DNA of 64,000 nt from an uncultured cyanobacterium (GTDB lineage: Bacteria; Cyanobacteriota; Cyanobacteriia; Cyanobacteriales; CAWCAG01). The DNA is taken from assembly GCA_963793425.1 (NCBI GenBank), contig CAWCAG010000001.1:256001-320000 (forward strand), read 5' to 3'. The notes under the pieces were generated by a model that had not been told where the DNA came from, ran no database searches, and saw only the letters and a program-made list of their open reading frames with translations. Positions 33,566 through 44,037 of the stretch are shown here, in pieces. Position 1 is the stretch's first letter; each line of letters opens with the position of its first letter. Made by a program: the position numbers and the translations under genes.

Positions 33566-34804
33566 TCAGGACTTACTCAATAATTGTTGGTAAGTTTCAA
33601 TTAGCTGCTTATTAAGTCGATTTATATCATAGTGAGATTCTACATAAGCCTGTCCCTGTTGACCCATTTCGGGCCAAATGTCTGCATGAACGATTAAATA
33701 GTCTAGCTTTTGTGCTAATGCTTCAGCATTTCTTTGAGGAACAAGAAAACCAGATACTCCATCTTGAACTATTTCTTGAATACCTTCTAATTCAGTACTA
33801 ACTACAGGTAAGCCCATTGCTAGGGCTTCTTTAATAACGTTAGGAGGGCCGTCTTCGTTGCCATCTTTACTAGTTACATTAGGAGATAAAAAAAGATGAG
33901 ATTTGTCAATGATTTCAATCACTTCTTGTTGTTGTTTTGCTCCCCAAAGTTTGACTTTACTACCTATATCTAGTTCCTTAATTAGCTTTTGCAACTCTCC
34001 TCGCAAAGTTCCCTCCCCCACAATATGGTATTCAATATCGGGGTGCTTTTTAGCTAGGATAGCAATGGCTTTTAGTCCGTACTCTAGACCTTTTTTTGCT
34101 TCTAAACGCCCAACTGTGATAATACGAATCGGACTATTAGCAGGAAGGTAACGAGGAGTAAAAGAAAAGCGATCGCAATCAATAGCAGAACGTAACACTT
34201 TTATTTTCTCTTCATCACAACCTAATTTAAGTAAGAGGCGTTTAAAATAATCGCAGTTGGGCAATAACAAATCACCACGGGTAAATAGTGGCTTATAGAC
34301 ATTTTTTCCAGACCTTTTAACATACTCGCTAATATCGTAGCCGCGAAAGGATGTAAGCAATTTAGCTTGAGACAATCCAAGACTACGAAAGTGCTGACAT
34401 TTTAAGCCTAATTCTCCAAACTGACAGTGAATAATATCATAAGGTTGCTTACCAAAAAAGGGTAAAACCCCATAAATTAATTTAAAAGAAATAGCATCTT
34501 GAGAGTATTTAAAGATATTAAGGGTACGTAGGGCAACCAGCGGGGCTTTGTAACTATTTAATAGCAACAAACCTAATCCTTTAATAATGCGCCAGAAGCG
34601 ATTTTCTGGCATTTGACTGGGATAGTAAGTATTTTTTAGTAACTGATATTTTTCTACTTCTGGATGTACCTTGACAGTATCACCTTTGCCATTATAAGCA
34701 TAGATATCTACTTCATGTCCCTGTTTAATAAGAGCGACGATTTGGTTAAGAATAAATGTTTCTGATAAAGTAGGAAACCGCCAGACGACGAAGGCAATTC
34801 TCAT
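33566..34804 (-). CDS. GT4 glycosyltransferase (WcaL-like)
   Basis: SETFILNQ, SFRGYD, VGRLEAKKG, DGPPNVIKEA. Confidence 0.93.
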   Translation of the reverse strand: MRIAFVVWRFPTLSETFILNQIVALIKQGHEVDIYAYNGKGDTVKVHPEVEKYQLLKNTYYPSQMPENRFWRIIKGLGLLLLNSYKAPLVALRTLNIFKYSQDAISFKLIYGVLPFFGKQPYDIIHCQFGELGLKCQHFRSLGLSQAKLLTSFRGYDISEYVKRSGKNVYKPLFTRGDLLLPNCDYFKRLLLKLGCDEEKIKVLRSAIDCDRFSFTPRYLPANSPIRIITVGRLEAKKGLEYGLKAIAILAKKHPDIEYHIVGEGTLRGELQKLIKELDIGSKVKLWGAKQQQEVIEIIDKSHLFLSPNVTSKDGNEDGPPNVIKEALAMGLPVVSTELEGIQEIVQDGVSGFLVPQRNAEALAQKLDYLIVHADIWPEMGQQGQAYVESHYDINRLNKQLIETYQQLLSKS

Positions 34805-34819
34805 AGTAAATAGTTTTTC

Positions 34820-35986
34820 CTATAATAACTCCAAAAAAAGCTCCTTGGCAGCTTGTGCGGCAACTGACCAGTTGAGTCTTTTTTTATATTCTTCAAAGGC
34901 GCGAAAAGCTAGTTCTTGGTATTTTTTGTAGTCACTCATTAGAGGGATAATATAGTTACAATAGTTAGAAATATCAGTATTAATAGGAAAAGTTTTGCCA
35001 TTAATGTTAGTTTTAACTATAGTTGGTATACCTCCTACATTAGTAGTTAAACAAGGTATACCAAAAGAATTAGCTTCACAAAAAACATGGCCATAACATT
35101 CTGCTTGCGAAGGTAAAAGCAAAAAATGGGCTTCAGAGAATAACTGGCTGATCTTCTCCTTTCCTTCAGGTTGAGATTTATCCACAAAACCTACAACTTT
35201 TACAAAATCTGGTAAAGCTTCTTTAACTTTAGGTTTGCACCCCACAACAACTAGTTGTGTTACTATACCAAGTTGATTAAGTTTTTTAGCTACTTTAAGG
35301 GCTATATCACCTCCTTTTCTTTGCCAATCAACACCAAAAAATAATAATTTGCAGGGACTACTAGGGCGAGAATTAATAATCATCCTCACTTCATCTTCAT
35401 TAGGACTGAAATCTAAGTTAGCACCCCAAGGAATGACCTTAATTTTACTTGAATCAATATGATAAAATTCTTGAGCTTTTTGGGCTGCCCAATCCGAGGT
35501 ATAAAGTATAAGTTGGCAGCGTTGTAAGGTTGCTTTTTCTAGCCTACGAATATTGTTAGCTGTTTCAGTGCAAAGATTACTTAAATAAGGATAAAAGTCA
35601 ATCAAAGATGCCAAAGTAGAATCTGTCCATAAAACTAGGGGTTGTTGACAGTTAAGATAAGCTAAAGGTAGAGCATTATCAGGACAAAGGACAATATCAC
35701 TCTTAAGCTTAGCCAACTTTTTGCTAACTTGCTGACCTTGATTTTTGACAACTATTGGTTCTGCCCAACGATAATAGTCTTTGTTGAAAAACTGACGATA
35801 AAAAGACCATTTTAAACGGGTAATTAAAGAGAACCTTTTTTCTAATGGTCCCAGATAATCTAGATTTATACTCTGCTCAGAAAACTCTTGAGCAAGATAA
35901 TAAGCTGCTTGGCACAAACCCGGTTGACTGGTGGGCCAATTAACTTGATCCTGAAGATTATAGGGAGTGAGGTAAGCAATTTTCAT
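34820..35986 (-). CDS. GT4 glycosyltransferase
   Basis: GVDWQRKGG, ECYGHVFCEANSFG. Confidence 0.93.
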   Translation of the reverse strand: MKIAYLTPYNLQDQVNWPTSQPGLCQAAYYLAQEFSEQSINLDYLGPLEKRFSLITRLKWSFYRQFFNKDYYRWAEPIVVKNQGQQVSKKLAKLKSDIVLCPDNALPLAYLNCQQPLVLWTDSTLASLIDFYPYLSNLCTETANNIRRLEKATLQRCQLILYTSDWAAQKAQEFYHIDSSKIKVIPWGANLDFSPNEDEVRMIINSRPSSPCKLLFFGVDWQRKGGDIALKVAKKLNQLGIVTQLVVVGCKPKVKEALPDFVKVVGFVDKSQPEGKEKISQLFSEAHFLLLPSQAECYGHVFCEANSFGIPCLTTNVGGIPTIVKTNINGKTFPINTDISNYCNYIIPLMSDYKKYQELAFRAFEEYKKRLNWSVAAQAAKELFLELL

Positions 35987-37161
35987 GAGCTAACTACCTC
36001 CTTTTCTGCTAAAAGCTTTGCTGCTGCTTTTCCTGCGACTGTCCAATTAAGTCGAGTCTGATATTCACCAAAAGAAGATAAGGCTAATTCTTGATATTGA
36101 GAATAATTAGTAAATAAATTATAGATGTAGTTACTATATTCCCTAATTTCTGCTTCAAGGGGAAAAGCCTTGCCGTTAAAACCTTCTCTAATAACTGTTG
36201 GTATTCCTCCTACTTTCGTAGCGACACAGGGAACCCCAAAAGAGTTAGCTTCACAGAGAACATTGCCATAGGTTTCTGCCCTCGAAGGAGTAATTAAGAA
36301 ATGAGATGTGGCAATAATGTTGTTGAGCTTTGCTAACCCAGATTTACTCGATTTTTTAATATAACCTAAACTATTAATATAATCAGGTATTTCTTGTTCA
36401 CTTTGTACCTGACAGCCAACAACATTTAACTCTACATCTAAATCTGCTTTGTGCAATTCTTTAGCAATTTGTAAAGCCGTCTCTCCCCCCTTACGCAACC
36501 AATCTACTCCTAAAAAAAGTAATTGACATTTCTCAGTTGAGCGAGATGCAACTAAATTTTCAATATCTTCTAAGGTACGATCACAGTTTATATTTGCACC
36601 AGAAGGAATAATTTTTACTTTATGAGGATCGGTTTGATAGTAATTAATTGCTGTTTGTGCTGCCCAGTCTGAAGAGAAAATTACCAGTTGCGATCGCTCT
36701 AATGCCAAACGATCCATTTCCCTTAAGTCTTGCTTCGTTTCTTGAGCAAGATTGCTAAAATCAGAATAGGCATCAATAAGTCCTGGTAAAGAGAATCTGT
36801 CCACAAAACTAATCGTAGAGAACAATCTAAATAAGCAATCAGATTAATATCAGGACATAAAGCAATATCTCCTAGTTGAGTTAACTTGGTTTTAAATCTG
36901 TACAGCGTGTTGTCGACACACTTTTTGTTCTGCCCAAGAGAAATAAATTTTTCTGCAAAAATATTTGATAAAATCGCCTCTTTAGTTTGGGTACCATGAC
37001 TACTTTTGCTTCTAAAGAAGCAATATAATTAAAAGTTGTAGAATTACGCTGTAGCTTTTCTGGCTTGATAACATCTTTCCAGTGCCCTACTGCTTTGGAT
37101 GATGGTCACTTCGAGCCATAGAATTTTAAATATTAAACTCACTAAGATAAGCTATTTGCAT
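35983..37161 (-). pseudogene. GT4 glycosyltransferase paralog with multiply frameshifted 5' third
   Basis: Intact 3' part (GVDWLRKGG, ETYGNVLCEANSFG); ATG at 37161 gives MQIAYL and fragments YFSWAEQ, ALCPDINLIAYLDC, LVLWTDS in shifting frames match the neighbouring paralog. Confidence 0.85.
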
Positions 37162-37169
37162 TTCTTAGT

Positions 37170-38141
37170 TTAAAACACTAGCAATAAAATCATGCTAACA
37201 AAAGGACTTAATAATTTGCCAAGTCGCGATTGAAATTCACAAGCTTTACTAATATCTTCTGCTAGTAAATCTCTATGCTTCAAATAGTAAGAACCAACTT
37301 TATAAGCATCTGAAGCTAAGTATAAAGGTAGCAAAAAGATCATCAAAGGTTTTTGCCAAGGCTGCAATCTAACTAAGCGTAATAAATGATTAGAAAGTCC
37401 GGAAGTATAAGCTACCTTTTGTAAATATCCTGCTTCTAACCTTCTGCTGGGAATGTGATGCCAAATCTCCATCTTCGGGTTATGCCACACTTCCCAGTTA
37501 CTGTTTTGAATACGGTACATAACTTCTAAATCTTCGCAAGCACCAAGCAAAGTTTTTTTCGCTTCGTCTCTACCCATCAAAAAGAGTTTGTCGGCTACAC
37601 ATTCTTGCCAAGCTTGCTTCCTAATTACTGAACCTGGGGCTGCGGGGATGCGTCGAGGTTTAGCATTACGTTTGTATTGAAAAGCTTTAGGTCCACGATT
37701 ATAAATAGCGAAAAATAGTTTTATTTGAGAGAAATAAGGGGGTGGAGTTTCGTCTAGCTTGGCATGAATAATACCACCATAGGCTCCCGCTTGAGGATGT
37801 TCTTGACCAAAATAATAAGCTTGGGCTACCCAATTACGGTCAGGAAGGTTATCATCATCCAAAAAACCAATCAAACTATGACTTTTCGCTTCTTTGACGG
37901 CGCGATTTCGGGCAAAAGAAACTCCTTGTTGCCCCTCAAAAATATACCTTAATTGACAATCTTCTCGCCATTGCTTTTGATATTCTGTCACTATTCCAGC
38001 AGTGTTATCTTGGCTGTTATTATCAACCACAATAACTTCCCACTGCAACTTTTCTGTACCAACCTGATTCTGTAAATGTTCTAAAACCGCTGGGATACGT
38101 TTTGCTCCGTTATAGGTACAAATTGTCACCGTAAAATCCAT
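37170..38141 (-). CDS. HpsE-like hormogonium polysaccharide GT2 glycosyltransferase
   Basis: ICTYNGAKR, FLDDDNLP, AGAYGG, EDLE, WHNP motifs. Confidence 0.9.
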   Translation of the reverse strand: MDFTVTICTYNGAKRIPAVLEHLQNQVGTEKLQWEVIVVDNNSQDNTAGIVTEYQKQWREDCQLRYIFEGQQGVSFARNRAVKEAKSHSLIGFLDDDNLPDRNWVAQAYYFGQEHPQAGAYGGIIHAKLDETPPPYFSQIKLFFAIYNRGPKAFQYKRNAKPRRIPAAPGSVIRKQAWQECVADKLFLMGRDEAKKTLLGACEDLEVMYRIQNSNWEVWHNPKMEIWHHIPSRRLEAGYLQKVAYTSGLSNHLLRLVRLQPWQKPLMIFLLPLYLASDAYKVGSYYLKHRDLLAEDISKACEFQSRLGKLLSPFVSMILLLVF

Positions 38142-39124
38142 AGATTTCCCCTTCCAAAACCACCATTTACTAAGTTTTGTTTTAAATACTGTTTACCAAG
38201 GTAAAAAGGACTTATCAAGCTGCCGACAATTAACTCCATTTCGCAAGCTGTTACGGTATCGCTTTTAATTTGTTTGCCATACTTGAAAAAATGAGCTATT
38301 AGCTTACGCAGATCGTTGATTACATAAAGAGGAAAAACAAAAGGCCACTGCCAACTTGAAAAACTCAGCATTCGGGTATGATAGCGACTAAGACCGACTC
38401 CCCGACAGAGATTAAGTAATTGCTCTTTTTCTAAACGATGTTGAGGAATTTGATGATCAACTTGCATTTTGGGGTTATACCAGATTTCCCAATCGGCTTT
38501 TTGAATATGCAGTAAAGCTTCTAAATCTTCTCCTGGTAGCTGACAACCAGCCACTCTCCCCTGTAAAAAACAATTTTTGGGTACGCTTGCTAGCCAAGCT
38601 TGTTTACGCACTACTAAACCTGCTCCTGGAGGCAAAACTTTTTTTTCAGGGTAGTAAAGCCTTACCTGTGAACCTCAATCCGTAAGAGCAAGGAAGGCAG
38701 CAATACGCTGGAAATTATCTGGAGGAGAAGTTTCAAATTCTCCATAAATCCGACTACCATAGGCTCCTGCTTGAGGATAATTCCGACCAAAGCTATAGGC
38801 TGCTGCTACCCAATGGAGATGGGGTAAATTATCATCATCAAGAAAACCTATTAATTCTCCCTTTGCTTCTTCTACAGCTTTTTGCCTAGCGATTGCTAAT
38901 CCTTGTTGAGGAACAAAAAGGTATCTTAGATGACATTTCTGTGACCAATTTTCTTGGTGGTTTTTGACTATCTTGAGAGTATCATCACTACTGTTGTTAT
39001 CAACTACAAGAATTTCCCAGTTAATCCCCTCTATGCCCTTTTGAAGCTTCAGCTTTTCTAAGACTTGAGGGAACCTTTTAGCACCGTTATAAGTACAAAT
39101 GGCTATAGTTACATCTATGGGCAT
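38126..39124 (-). pseudogene. hpsE: HpsE-like GT2 glycosyltransferase with in-frame premature TGA
   Basis: ORFs 38675-39124 and 38126-38635 are in the same frame; reading through TGA at 38675-38677 gives LALTD*GSQVRLYYPEKKVLPPGAGL. Confidence 0.85.
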
Positions 39125-39386
39125 ATTACGTGCATCTACTCACTAACCGGGCGATTAAATGGTTCAAAAATAAATTTCAAACTGCTTTTTTTCTTTAACA
39201 ACTAAGAGTCATGGGCAGATTATTTTGTTCCTCAAACCATCAACTATGGTAGTCTAACTTAGATTTTTTCAATAGAAACTTTCCTAAACCTTTTAGCTAC
39301 TAATTTAAGTCGAAAGGAATAGAAAAATAGAAAAAAAACCCTAAAAGGGTATAGATATATTTAGGGCATTCAAGTTCAATGAATCT

Positions 39387-40436
39387 TTAAGAGGAAGCTA
39401 TCAAAGACCCTTGAGATAAATTATCTTCCAGAGTATTTTCTGTCCAAGGGGAGCCATCTGGAGTTTCCAGAACAAAACCAGCATCCCGAATCATTTCCCA
39501 ATCCTGACTAGCCCCTTGCCCTGGGGTAGTTAAATAATCGCCAATAAAAATAGAATTAGCAGCATAAAGACCTAAAGGTTGAAGCGATCGCAAATGAACT
39601 TCTCTTCCTCCGGCGATACGAATTTCTTGGCTAGGTAGTAGGTAGCGGAATAAACAAAGTATACGCAGACAGCGGCGGGGATTGAGTTGTGAGAAATCAG
39701 CAAAGGGAGTACCAGGGATAGGAATGAGGAAATTAACGGGAACGCTCGTTACTTGTAATTCTCGTAAAGATAAAGCTAAATCAATCACATCTTCATCACT
39801 TTCTCCCATACCAAAAATTCCTCCACAACAACTAGTAATACCAGCCGCTTGGACATTTTTAATAGTTGCCATGCGATCACCAAACTTATGAGTAGTACAA
39901 ATATCCTCATGATGTTCTTGGGAAGTATTCAAGTTATGGTTAACCCGATCTACCCCAGCTTCAGCTAAACGGCAAGTTTGTTCTTCACTCAACAAGCCCA
40001 GGGTAGTACAAACTTTCAAGTCATAATTAGCTTTAATTGCTCGTATTGCCTCTAAAATTTTAGTAAAGACTAGTTCAGAAGGAGAGCGTCCTGAAATAGC
40101 CATACAGAAAGTTCCTGCTTTCAACTGAGCAGCCCTAGCCGCAGCAGCAAGAATCTTATCTTGGGCTAAAAGAGGATACTTATCTATCTCCGCCGTAGAA
40201 ATTTTCGACTGAGAACAGTAATGACAATCTTCTGGACATAAACCGCTTTGAGCATTAAGCAAAAAATGTAGCCGTACTTTATTTTGCCAATAATGGTGGC
40301 GTATACGGTAGACAGCAGCCAGTTGAGAGAGTAAAACCTCATCGGGGGCTTGAAGCACTTCCCTCCCTTGTTCACGGGTTAATACTTCCCCGGCCAGGGC
40401 TTGATCTGCTAGTAAATTCCAGTCTAATTTGCTCAT
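39387..40436 (-). CDS. bioB: Biotin synthase
   Basis: [11 protein letters not shown] radical SAM motif, [20 protein letters not shown]. Confidence 0.97.
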   Translation of the reverse strand: MSKLDWNLLADQALAGEVLTREQGREVLQAPDEVLLSQLAAVYRIRHHYWQNKVRLHFLLNAQSGLCPEDCHYCSQSKISTAEIDKYPLLAQDKILAAAARAAQLKAGTFCMAISGRSPSELVFTKILEAIRAIKANYDLKVCTTLGLLSEEQTCRLAEAGVDRVNHNLNTSQEHHEDICTTHKFGDRMATIKNVQAAGITSCCGGIFGMGESDEDVIDLALSLRELQVTSVPVNFLIPIPGTPFADFSQLNPRRCLRILCLFRYLLPSQEIRIAGGREVHLRSLQPLGLYAANSIFIGDYLTTPGQGASQDWEMIRDAGFVLETPDGSPWTENTLEDNLSQGSLIASS

Positions 40437-40554
40437 TATTTATAGGTATTTCGATTATTGACCAATTTCTAGATTAGTATGCAAGAGCAGTTGTCTAGCA
40501 AACGATGTTTTAGAATAAAACAATGTTTAGCTAATATTTAGGTTAATTACAAAT

Positions 40555-41670
40555 ATGTCAGTCCTGGCGGCAATCGGAGTCCTGGCGCTTTTAATAGTTG
40601 TCCACGAGTTGGGTCACTTTTTAGCAGCACGTCTACAAAATATTCACGCAAACCGTTTCTCTATCGGCTTTGGTCCTACATTACTGAAGTATCAAGGCTC
40701 TGAAACTGAGTATGCCATCAGAGCTTTTCCTTTGGGAGGGTATGTAGGGTTTCCTGATGATGACCCTGATAGTGATATTCCCCGTGATGATCCCAATTTA
40801 CTTAGCAATCGTCCCATTCTCGACCGAGCAATTGTAATTAGTGCTGGGGTAATCGCTAATTTAATTTTTGCTTATTTCCTGCTCGTCGGTCAAGCTTTCA
40901 CCGTCGGTATTCCCGTCTTTAATGCTCAAGGTATTCCTGAATTTGATTATCAGCCTGGGGTACAAATCACTCAAGTAACGGCGGAAGATAATTCCCCTGC
41001 TTTCCAAGCTGGTATTGAGCCTGGGGACGTAGTTTTGGCTATTGATGGTCAAGAGTTTGGAGCATCTCGTCAAGCAGTAACTAGTTTCATCGAAAAAGTT
41101 CAAACTTCCCCTCAAGAAACCTTAGAATTTCAACTTTTACGAGGAGAAGAAAAACTTACTGTTGGTGTAACCCCAAGACTAGATGAAAAAAATAAAGGCA
41201 AAATTGATATTGGTCTTGCTCCCAATGGTCAAGCTTTAAAAGATCATCCCAAAAACTTAGCTGAGGGGTTTTCCCTAGGTGCAAAGCACTACCAAAAAGT
41301 GGTTTTTCTCATTCTTGGAGGATTTGTGCAACTAGTTGGTAATTTCGGGGAAACTGCCAAGCAAGTTGCTGGCCCAGTAGCTATTGTCGCTATGGGGGCA
41401 AATATTGCTAGTTCCAACGCTGGGAGTTTATTTGAATTTGCGGCTTTAATTAGCGTCAACTTAGCGATTATCAATATCTTACCCTTACCTGCTTTAGATG
41501 GTGGACAGTTAGCCTTGTTATTAGTAGAAGCCTTACGGGGCAAACCTTTACCAAGCAGACTCCAAGATGGCATCATGCAAACTGGATTTTTGCTTTTAAT
41601 GGGTTTAGGTGTATTCTTAATCGTCCGAGATACGGTTAATTTGACCAACTTACAGCAGTTATTTCAGTAA
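40555..41670 (+). CDS. rseP: RIP metalloprotease RseP
   Basis: HELGH, PDZ domain, NILPLPALDGG. Confidence 0.96.
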   Translation: MSVLAAIGVLALLIVVHELGHFLAARLQNIHANRFSIGFGPTLLKYQGSETEYAIRAFPLGGYVGFPDDDPDSDIPRDDPNLLSNRPILDRAIVISAGVIANLIFAYFLLVGQAFTVGIPVFNAQGIPEFDYQPGVQITQVTAEDNSPAFQAGIEPGDVVLAIDGQEFGASRQAVTSFIEKVQTSPQETLEFQLLRGEEKLTVGVTPRLDEKNKGKIDIGLAPNGQALKDHPKNLAEGFSLGAKHYQKVVFLILGGFVQLVGNFGETAKQVAGPVAIVAMGANIASSNAGSLFEFAALISVNLAIINILPLPALDGGQLALLLVEALRGKPLPSRLQDGIMQTGFLLLMGLGVFLIVRDTVNLTNLQQLFQ

Positions 41671-41701
41671 TTAGAAGGGAGTAGGAAGCAGTAGGGGGAA
41701 T

Positions 41702-42346
41702 ATGCGTAAACAGCCTGAAAAAACAGAGCGAGCTTTAGAAATTTTAGTTCGCCTCAAAAGGCTTTATCCTGATGCTACTTGTACCCTGGACTATGAAACC
41801 ACTGTACAACTTTTGGTAGCAACTATCCTTTCTGCTCAATGTACTGACGAGAGAGTGAATAAAGTCACTCCAGCTCTATTTAAACGCTTCCCTGATGCTG
41901 CTTCCTTCGCTAAGGCTGATTTAACAGAATTAGAAAATCTTATCCGTTCTACGGGCTTCTATCGCAATAAGGCTAAGAATATTCAAGGGGCTTGTAGCTT
42001 AATTGAGACTAATTTTGGCGGGCAAGTCCCCCAAGTAATGGAAGAATTACTAACCTTACCGGGGGTGGCCCGCAAAACCGCTAATGTCGTGCTGGCACAC
42101 GGCTACGGCAAGAATCAAGGTGTAACGGTAGATACCCATGTTAAACGTCTTAGCAAGCGTCTTGGCTTAACCGCAAGCGATAAGCCCCTACGTATAGAAA
42201 AAGACTTAATGGCATTGCTACCCCAACCAGACTGGGAAAACTGGTCAATTCGCCTAATCTACCACGGTAGAGCAATTTGCAAAGCCCGCAAACCCAATTG
42301 CCCAGAATGCCAGTTAGCCGATCTCTGTCCCAGCGCTGATCAATGA
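41702..42346 (+). CDS. nth: Endonuclease III
   Basis: LSAQCTD, LPGVARKTAN, VDTHV, C-X6-C-X2-C-X5-C. Confidence 0.97.
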   Translation: MRKQPEKTERALEILVRLKRLYPDATCTLDYETTVQLLVATILSAQCTDERVNKVTPALFKRFPDAASFAKADLTELENLIRSTGFYRNKAKNIQGACSLIETNFGGQVPQVMEELLTLPGVARKTANVVLAHGYGKNQGVTVDTHVKRLSKRLGLTASDKPLRIEKDLMALLPQPDWENWSIRLIYHGRAICKARKPNCPECQLADLCPSADQ

Positions 42347-42487
42347 TCAATGTTCAATGTACGGCTTGCCTTTGCTGCTGGGCATCAGATCCCCAGCTCC
42401 CTATTCCCAAAGATTCTCTAACATGGCCTAAGTTGGTCTAAAATAGTAAAGCAATATCTTCAAACTGAGAAATAGTACCTAAATTTT

Positions 42488-42790
42488 ATGGCTAAGAAGT
42501 CTATGATTGAGCGCGAAAAAAAGCGCCAAAAACTTATTGACAAATATGAAGAGAAAAGAGCAGCTTTAAAAGAAGAATTTAGAACTGCTCCTTCACAGCT
42601 AGAAAAGCTAGAAATTCATCGCAAAATCCAGAATTTACCCCGTAACAGCGCCCCTAACCGCAAACGCAACCGCTGCTGGGTTACAGGTCGTCCTCGCGGT
42701 TACTATCGTGATTTTGGACTTTCTCGTAACGTCTTTCGAGAATGGGCCCACGAAGGATTGTTACCTGGGGTTGTTAAGTCTAGTTGGTAG
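42488..42790 (+). CDS. rpsN: 30S ribosomal protein S14
   Basis: [10 protein letters not shown]...[12 protein letters not shown]...LPGVVKSSW. Confidence 0.99.
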   Translation: MAKKSMIEREKKRQKLIDKYEEKRAALKEEFRTAPSQLEKLEIHRKIQNLPRNSAPNRKRNRCWVTGRPRGYYRDFGLSRNVFREWAHEGLLPGVVKSSW

Positions 42791-42793
42791 AGA

Positions 42794-42857
42794 AAGTAAT
42801 AAGTAATAAGTAATAAGTAATAAGTTAAGAACAGCCTATTACCTATTACCTATTACC
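42794..42857. repeat. Heptamer repeats (aagtaat)x4 and oppositely oriented (tattacc)x3
   Basis: Read directly downstream of rpsN; the two tracts are roughly complementary. Confidence 0.85.
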
Positions 42858-42932
42858 TAAAAAGTAATCAAACCAGAGCTGCCATAACTGATAACTGATG
42901 CCTAATGGCAACGGCAAGCCCTACATTGATTA

Positions 42933-43268
42933 TTAATTTCCACAGCAATGATCAATGCCGAGGCTATCTAAAATTAGTTCACTAACGGCATTGGCGATCG
43001 CAAACTCACTATAAAAGCTTTCTCTGAAATCAAAAGCTTCCATCTCCGTGACAATGGCAATCACCAAACAACCAAGATCATTTTCTCCTTCAAAACGATG
43101 GCGGAGGTAGATTTGAGAAGCCCTTTGGGCAATAGTTAAGTTAATCTTTTCTGGGATAAACTCTTCGTTAAGCCAGTTATGTAAAGAAGTTTTTAACCAT
43201 TCACCTTCTTGCTCTGGATTTTGGGCTGTAGGTAAGGTGATTGGCGGTATTGGTTTGAATTGTGCCAT
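42933..43268 (-). CDS. Conserved hypothetical protein
   Basis: 111-aa ATG ORF (WLNEEFIPE, EFAIANAVS). Confidence 0.75.
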   Translation of the reverse strand: MAQFKPIPPITLPTAQNPEQEGEWLKTSLHNWLNEEFIPEKINLTIAQRASQIYLRHRFEGENDLGCLVIAIVTEMEAFDFRESFYSEFAIANAVSELILDSLGIDHCCGN

Positions 43269-43391
43269 TTTTCTATAAATAAATAAGCTATAAAATATGA
43301 ATTATAAATCGTCAATTTCTCACGGACTAAGTGGCAACAGCAACTTAATCTAACAGTAACGTTAATATGCCTAACCCTGAATCAACAAACT

Positions 43392-43967
43392 ATGGAATAT
43401 GATCTTCATTCCATAATCGAAGGCTACAGCCAAGGATATTTTCTAATGGCAGGGGAAACTGGTCAACTAGGCTGGTATGCAAGCCGAAAAAGGGCCTTGA
43501 TTCCCCTTGACAAGCAATTCCGCTACCCTAAATCTTTACAAAGGATTTTAAACCAAAATCGCTTTTCTGTAGCTATTAATCGCGATTTTCAAGCAGTATG
43601 TGAAGGTTGTGCAGATCGAGATACGACTTGGATTTCTCCGGAACTTATGGAAATTTACTGGGTTTTACACCAAGAAGGTTGGGCCCATAGCTTTGAAACT
43701 TGGCAGGGCGATCGCTTAGCAGGGGGAATTTTAGGTCTTACCATCCAAGGAGCATTTATTGGTGAATCAATGTTTTATAATATTCCTGACGGCTCTAAGG
43801 TAGCAATGGTTAAGTTAGTAGAACATTTGCGGAAAAGAAATTTTGTCCTTTTTGATGCCCAAATGCAAAATCCTCACTTAGCCCGTTTTGGTTCTTACAT
43901 TATTACTGAAGAAGAGTATCAAGTTTTTCTGAAACAAGCTCTATTAAAGCATTGTTTTTTTGTTTAA
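43392..43967 (+). CDS. aat: Leucyl/phenylalanyl-tRNA-protein transferase
   Basis: TTWI, AHSFETW, FIGESMF, SKVAM, FDAQ motifs. Confidence 0.96.
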   Translation: MEYDLHSIIEGYSQGYFLMAGETGQLGWYASRKRALIPLDKQFRYPKSLQRILNQNRFSVAINRDFQAVCEGCADRDTTWISPELMEIYWVLHQEGWAHSFETWQGDRLAGGILGLTIQGAFIGESMFYNIPDGSKVAMVKLVEHLRKRNFVLFDAQMQNPHLARFGSYIITEEEYQVFLKQALLKHCFFV

Positions 43968-44037
43968 AAAAACTTTTCTATTGCAAAAATTCAACTAGAA
44001 TGATCCCAGAGGATGACAAAGAGGCTGTTTCATTTTT

